40,000 nucleotides of DNA. Source: Halococcus salifodinae. Its GTDB lineage: Archaea; Halobacteriota; Halobacteria; Halobacteriales; Halococcaceae. The stretch lies in assembly GCF_052043865.1 (NCBI RefSeq), contig NZ_JBQEMN010000005.1. The stretch is one strand, 5' to 3'. The notes under the pieces are model-generated. The model ran no database searches. It saw nothing but the letters and a program-made list of their open reading frames with translations, and was not told the DNA's origin. A program made the translations under genes and the position numbers. Within the stretch, counting starts at the first letter, position 1, and every line of letters starts with the position of its first letter. Positions 35,394 through 40,000 of this stretch are shown here, piece after piece.

Positions 35394-35687
35394 TCACGCC
35401 TCGACAGCGACGTACTGGTTTTCCCATTCGCGGCGGGCCTCGATCTCGCGGTGGCCGCGCTCGGTGAGACCATACGAGTTTGTCCGGTCGTCGACGCTGC
35501 CTTTCTCGACGAGACCCATCTCCGACAGCTCGTCGAGATTTGGATACAGACGGCCGTGGTTGATTTCACCCGAATAATGCCTGTCGAGTTCCTTCTTGAT
35601 CGCCAGCCCATACGGCGGTGTCTCATCATCCAGCCCGCCGATCACGTACAGCACATCCCGCTGGAACGCGGTCAGATCATCCATCAT
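35394..35687 (-). CDS. PadR-family transcriptional regulator
   Basis: Track ORF 35394..35705 starts at a GTG, trimmed here to ATG 35687 (MMDDLTAFQRDVLYVI...YGLAIKKELD...GRLYPNLDELSEMGLVEK). Confidence 0.75.
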   Translation of the reverse strand: MMDDLTAFQRDVLYVIGGLDDETPPYGLAIKKELDRHYSGEINHGRLYPNLDELSEMGLVEKGSVDDRTNSYGLTERGHREIEARREWENQYVAVEA

Positions 35688-35990
35688 AGCAGGGGGATAT
35701 GTCACGAAGAGGGTTTATTTACACCGATTCCCTGAATCTGACGGTCATCGCTGGGAGGGCGGTGCTATATCCGCTCTTGAGATGGTCGAAACTGCTTCTA
35801 CTCAGTATGGTCAATCCGATTGTCTCCGCTATCTATTCAAAGGGGAGTCCACCATCTGTGAGGTTGGCGTTCTGCTGGGTCTACAAAGAAAACCGAGAGA
35901 TGGCAAGGGGTTTGATCTACACGAAATCCACATTATCCGCATAATGTACAAAAGGCGGGAAATGAAGGCAATAGTCCAGATACTGCCCCA

Positions 35991-36473
35991 CTAGTCACTC
36001 TCTGCTTGGTTGCTCAGCATCTCAACGACTTCCTGAACACGCTTCTCGTCAGGTTCAATTCCCCGCTCTCGAAGGATTTGGTGAGCAACCTCCTCACCAT
36101 GATTCGCGATCACCCGGAGACACGCATCTTGGAACTCTCTTCCTTCGAATTCTTGGACATCGAACAGTGAGCAAGCCGCAGTCACCGAGGATCGCATCCT
36201 AATGATTCGACTCCACGTCTCTTCACGGACATAGAAACCATGCATATCGGTCGCATCAAATGGGAAGGCTGGCCCACCTTCTGGTTCTTCCTCGTTCGAT
36301 TCAACCTGTTCTTGAGAAAATTCGGACTTCTCCTCAATCTTTTCATCAGGTGCATCAGGAGTGGATTGTGCCTCGTCCTCTACGACGATGCTTTCGTCCT
36401 CCTCCACCTCTGTTTCCTCCGTTTGCTTGAGTTGATCAGCAACGTCGCCAAACCGATCATCCTCATTAGGCAT
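35991..36473 (-). CDS. Acidic protein downstream of parA (candidate ParB-analogue or adaptor), 160 aa
   Basis: Track ORF 35991..36638 trimmed to ATG 36473, which overlaps the 3' end of parA by 8 nt. The N-terminal half is rich in E and D. Confidence 0.55.
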   Translation of the reverse strand: MPNEDDRFGDVADQLKQTEETEVEEDESIVVEDEAQSTPDAPDEKIEEKSEFSQEQVESNEEEPEGGPAFPFDATDMHGFYVREETWSRIIRMRSSVTAACSLFDVQEFEGREFQDACLRVIANHGEEVAHQILRERGIEPDEKRVQEVVEMLSNQAESD

Positions 36474-37338
36474 GGCTGTGTTCCTCCACGAGATCGGCCA
36501 AGTGATCGAAATTCGGGATTTGATCACAATCTTCGTCAAATTTCGAAACAGGCATTCCTTGCTTGAAAGCTCGCGAGATTGATGTCCGTTCGCGGATACC
36601 TGGTTTTGGGATAGTATCGACGCTACGCGTTGAATCATCTAGTGAATCGAACAATTCTGAATCTACCCGGGCGTATTCAGGAACAAACGAACCGAACTCA
36701 CGATTGAGATTCTCAACGAGAGTCCGATGTTCATTGTGCTGTCCCATCGTCTCCCGTATCATGTTCGGAGAGACTGCGAGGATGTCTAGGCCGATATTCT
36801 CCCGAATTGGAGAGATTTGCCGTTCAATCATCTTATTGAGGCCGTTGATTGAGCCTGCACGGGGGATCAAGGGGATGATCACCCGTTGGACGGCGATAAG
36901 CGCATTATCGGAAAGCTTGCCACGGCCGCCGGCGGCATCAATTATCATATAGTCATAACCGTTGTTGATGAGCGGTTCGACGACATTCCGACGGAGTTTC
37001 ACGTCTGCGAACCGTTCGTCTTTCAACCTTGTCTCCACGTTCTCAAGTTCGTTATTCGAGGGTAAGAGGTGAACACCGAAATCCGTCTCAATGAGTAACT
37101 CACGGGGATCGTTGCCGTCGATAAGAGCATCACCGAGATTTGCTTCCCGATCGTACGCATCGTCGTAGCCCAACTGGGTTGTCATATGCCCATCCTTATC
37201 TAGGTCAATCAGTACTGTCTCATGACCACGGGCTGTGAGGCGATCGGCGATGTTAAGCGCTATTGTGGACTTCCCTACGCCTCCTTTGAGCAACGAGATA
37301 GCTGCGCCTGGGATTCCATCGAAGTCTCCGGCGCTCAT
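36466..37338 (-). CDS. parA: ParA/MinD-family partition ATPase
   Basis: Track ORF with ATG 37338. Contains the deviant Walker A motif LLKGGVGKSTIALN and the Walker B motif YDYMIIDAAGG. Confidence 0.85.
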   Translation of the reverse strand: MSAGDFDGIPGAAISLLKGGVGKSTIALNIADRLTARGHETVLIDLDKDGHMTTQLGYDDAYDREANLGDALIDGNDPRELLIETDFGVHLLPSNNELENVETRLKDERFADVKLRRNVVEPLINNGYDYMIIDAAGGRGKLSDNALIAVQRVIIPLIPRAGSINGLNKMIERQISPIRENIGLDILAVSPNMIRETMGQHNEHRTLVENLNREFGSFVPEYARVDSELFDSLDDSTRSVDTIPKPGIRERTSISRAFKQGMPVSKFDEDCDQIPNFDHLADLVEEHSHA

Positions 37339-37373
37339 TGGTTTGACCTCCTCTGGCCCGCGAATTCAAAAGG

Positions 37374-37427
37374 TTTTGTGAGCAATCTACATTGTGCAGA
37401 TTTTGTGGGCAGTGTGGACATTGTGAA
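37374..37427. repeat. Two tandem imperfect iterons of about 27 bp (TTTTGTG-N8/11-ACATTGTG) upstream of parA
   Basis: TTTTGTG at 37374 and 37401, with TTTTGT again at 37437. ACATTGTG at 37389-37396 and 37418-37425. A palindrome core AATCTAGATT is at 37525-37534. Confidence 0.4.
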
Positions 37428-37611
37428 TAGTGTACGTTTTGTTTTTCTCATACGTGGCAGATGAATCTCGCGCCTCTTAATTCTACGTCAGACAAATTGG
37501 GCGAGCTATCTGCATTATGCGCAAAATCTAGATTGCGCGCACTACATACACAACCATTTCTCAGGGAAGTCAAACAGTGCCTGTTATTATCTAGACAATT
37601 CTGACCGCGCT

Positions 37612-37938
37612 CTACTCAAATCCGCCCGAACGGCCGAACGGTGACAGCGTCGCTTCGATCTGCAACTCGGTATAACTGCACTCGTCACGGAGTTCACGTG
37701 CCAGTAACGCTTGTTCTGGCATCCCTTTCAGCGAAAATCCTCGTCCCCGCTGGTAGGTGACGTACTCTTTCCGTTTGAGCGTCTCACACACCTCTCGTCC
37801 CCGCGAGACCTCGGTGGCCGGGAGTGCATCGCGAACGAGATCGTCTTCCGGAATAGGTCCGGACCACCCGTGAGATCTGACCAGTTTCCATTTCAGTGCG
37901 CACGCGATCTCATTATCCGACCATCGCGAGCTGCTCAT
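37612..37938 (-). CDS. Hypothetical protein (108 aa)
   Basis: Track ORF 37612..38016 trimmed to ATG 37938 (MSSSRWSDNEIACALKWK...). Confidence 0.5.
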   Translation of the reverse strand: MSSSRWSDNEIACALKWKLVRSHGWSGPIPEDDLVRDALPATEVSRGREVCETLKRKEYVTYQRGRGFSLKGMPEQALLARELRDECSYTELQIEATLSPFGRSGGFE

Positions 37939-38043
37939 TGGTTCTGGCTCACTCCCTCGATACTTATCTCTGCGGTAATCTCGTTTGACGGGGAGCGACC
38001 ACAGGTTTAACACCACGGGCGCTCAAATCCGGATAGAACCAGC

Positions 38044-38400
38044 ATGAGCGAAGAACTACAAAACCCCGATCGCGACAAAAAGACACGCCGGACCGAGCAT
38101 CCATCCGGATGGCTCGTCCTCACGAAAAACGAGAGCGTCCCATACATCGTCGATGCACTCCTGGATGCACCGCCACACCGCGAGTTCAATCAGACCGAGC
38201 TGGCGGAGCTCGCTGGCGTCAGCCGGCAGTCGGTAAGCCGATATCTCGACCTCTTGGTCGACGTCGGGATCGTCGAGGCGCTCGACGGCACATCTCCCCA
38301 GCGGTATCGATTCAATCCGGAGAGCCACGTCAGTGAGGCACTCATCCGTCTCGATGGTGCTATGAATGACGCCGGAGTCGAACCCGAAGCCAGTTCCTGA
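38044..38400 (+). CDS. Winged-HTH transcriptional regulator
   Basis: Track ORF. The sequence FNQTELAELAGVSRQSVSRYLDLLVDVGIVEA is an HTH. Confidence 0.7.
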   Translation: MSEELQNPDRDKKTRRTEHPSGWLVLTKNESVPYIVDALLDAPPHREFNQTELAELAGVSRQSVSRYLDLLVDVGIVEALDGTSPQRYRFNPESHVSEALIRLDGAMNDAGVEPEASS

Positions 38401-38474
38401 ACTCAGGTTGGAGACACCACTATGACAGAAAACGTGGGCACTGAATGACGACGCTGCCGTTCACCGTTCAGTAG

Positions 38475-38657
38475 CTACTCTTCTGACTCATCGCGACGCT
38501 CAATCTGCTCGATATCCTGCGGGTACACAAGGATCAAGCGACCACTCTCTTCATCAAGGAGCCATCCATCCCTCCGGTCTTCGACCAGCGTGCCGCGGAG
38601 GGTGTCGCCATCGCTCGTCTGTATCACCACCGGAGCTGGCGGATCAGGCACGTCCAT
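38475..38657 (-). CDS. Hypothetical small protein (60 aa)
   Basis: Track ORF. The composition is acidic. No motifs found. Confidence 0.4.
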   Translation of the reverse strand: MDVPDPPAPVVIQTSDGDTLRGTLVEDRRDGWLLDEESGRLILVYPQDIEQIERRDESEE

Positions 38658-38814
38658 GAGAGGGTCTCAGGGACACTCACAAGTAAACCATCACCCGGCT
38701 TCGAGAACTGGACTAACCCAGTCGACGATTTACTCCTTCTGGACAGGCTGTTGGCTCTCCGACCGCTCGGAGCCACCGCACGCGAACCCCGGTGATCACC
38801 GAGAGCGGCGGGAA

Positions 38815-40000
38815 CTATCCCGGTGCAGGGGATGGGTCAGTCCCCTCGGGAGCCGGGAGTGTCGCCCGATCACTCCGACGGCGGCCCTCACCGCCTGCAC
38901 CCACCCCGACCACCCAGACAAATCCCGTACTAGATACTCCTAGAGAGGAATCGGCCGGGTCACCAGGTGCCTGTCCACGGGTGGTGCTGTCCGCTGGTCC
39001 GCTTTCATCCGGTCCAAACGGCTCATCGAGATCGGGCAACTCGATTTCGCCATCACCCGGTTGCTCGACGGTCCGGAACCCGTTGGCGAGCCCCGTTTTC
39101 GTCTCGCGTTTTTCGAGATACCCCAGTTCGGTATGCTCGTTCAACACCCGTCTGACCGTCCGTCGCGAGCACTCGACAGCGTCGGCGACGTCGCCGACCG
39201 TAAACTCCTGACCGCGATACACTTCTGCGGCACGCGTCACTGCTTTGGTAGCTTTCGAGAACGCACGGACGACTGCACCCTCGCCAACCACCGGCAGACT
39301 CTCGGCAAGCGCCGCCGTGTGCGCAAAGACCACTGCACCCTCCTTGTCCCGGCCGAAGCGCAGGATCGCCTGGAGGGTCTGATCCTCGCGCATGTGCTTG
39401 AGGAACGTGTTGGCCGTCTCGCTGTCGTACTCGAGGTCACTGCCCTTTCCGGAGCGCTGGACGGTTTCGCCGGCGAGCGCGGCCCACTTCTCGACGACGG
39501 CATCGCCGAAGTGCCGACAACCGAGTACTGTTCCGAGATTCAACTCACCGAGCGCGTTCGAGCCAGTGACGTTCCCATAGTGATCGACCGCGGCGACATC
39601 ACCCTCGATGCGCTCCTCGATCTCGGCACGAGCTTTCTTCGTGGTGATGACGCCGGGTTTGGTCGTCGCGGTGAGGGTGTCCTGACGCAGTTGCGTCGCG
39701 GCGTACTCCTCGGCCACCGACTTCACGAGGGCGACGTCTCCATCGAAGTTTTTGCTCTGGGCGGACCCGGAGTAGGTGTTGATGTGAGGACTGGTCTGGA
39801 CTACCTGTAAGTTCAACACGTCGCGGAGGAACGCGCGGCGCTCGCGAGCGGTTTCGTGGACGTCCCGAATCTGGACATCGGTACCGGTGGCGAGCGACCA
39901 GAGGCGTTCGCGCCCGGTGGCGTCGAGGCCGACTACGGAGTTCTGCGCGTCGCCATTGGCGAAGGCGGGTGGATGGTGGACGACAGCGCCGTGGTGATTC
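38815..40000 (-). CDS. Partial large protein (5' end beyond the window) with a C-terminal wHTH and a Pro/Gly-rich tail; possible plasmid or provirus replication-associated protein
   Basis: Track ORF 38815..39819 begins at a TTG. By hand translation the frame stays open up to 40000 (...NHHGAVVHHPPAFANGDAQNSVVGLDATGRERLW...). The HTH is FTVGDVADAVECSRRTVRRVLNEHTELGYLEK. Confidence 0.55.
   Translation of the reverse strand, partial: NHHGAVVHHPPAFANGDAQNSVVGLDATGRERLWSLATGTDVQIRDVHETARERRAFLRDVLNLQVVQTSPHINTYSGSAQSKNFDGDVALVKSVAEEYAATQLRQDTLTATTKPGVITTKKARAEIEERIEGDVAAVDHYGNVTGSNALGELNLGTVLGCRHFGDAVVEKWAALAGETVQRSGKGSDLEYDSETANTFLKHMREDQTLQAILRFGRDKEGAVVFAHTAALAESLPVVGEGAVVRAFSKATKAVTRAAEVYRGQEFTVGDVADAVECSRRTVRRVLNEHTELGYLEKRETKTGLANGFRTVEQPGDGEIELPDLDEPFGPDESGPADSTTRGQAPGDPADSSLGVSSTGFVWVVGVGAGGEGRRRSDRATLPAPEGTDPSPAPG

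Noticed and set aside
1-40000. A search by eye for CRISPR arrays, rRNA, tRNA and IS-element terminal repeats
   Set aside because: I saw no regularly spaced direct repeats, no rRNA-like stretches, no convincing cloverleaf and no transposase ORF. A computational scan (tRNAscan or Infernal, plus a repeat finder) is needed to be sure.

Overview
The window looks like haloarchaeal DNA, probably an accessory island or megaplasmid. The evidence is GC-rich coding sequence, very acidic proteins, a Tat-signal lipoprotein, a PGF-CTERM protein, TATA-like boxes 23-32 nt upstream of start codons (compatible with leaderless transcripts), and a parA locus.

The left 18 kb is the most interesting part.
- A preQ0 (7-cyano-7-deazaguanine) synthesis block, queD-queE-queC, sits next to two different tRNA-guanine-transglycosylase (TGT) superfamily genes.
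- One TGT is a long DpdA-like form of 735 aa. The other is a minimal ArcTGT-like catalytic core of 344 aa.
- Each TGT is translationally coupled to uncharacterised partners, including an AAA+ ATPase.
- This block is separated by a Csa3/CARF-like regulator from a tightly coupled five-gene operon: two unknown proteins, a 1021-aa P-loop NTPase, a coiled-coil protein, and an SF2 helicase carrying a tandem zinc-ribbon array. The helicase runs off the left edge of the window.

I interpret this as a candidate archaeal Dpd-like system that modifies DNA with 7-deazaguanine and restricts unmodified DNA. Its gene composition differs from the bacterial dpdA-K island.

The rest of the window holds:
- a small cassette with a serine recombinase, a TumE/HTH toxin-antitoxin pair and a methyltransferase, plus a clustered TGACAG motif and a G14 tract;
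- secreted proteins;
- an AbiE-like toxin-antitoxin pair;
- XPB-Bax1;
- housekeeping-like genes (PepF, TRAM, PadR);
- a plasmid-type parA partition locus with upstream iterons.

I found no CRISPR array, rRNA or convincing tRNA. All family assignments come from motifs read by eye and need profile searches to confirm.
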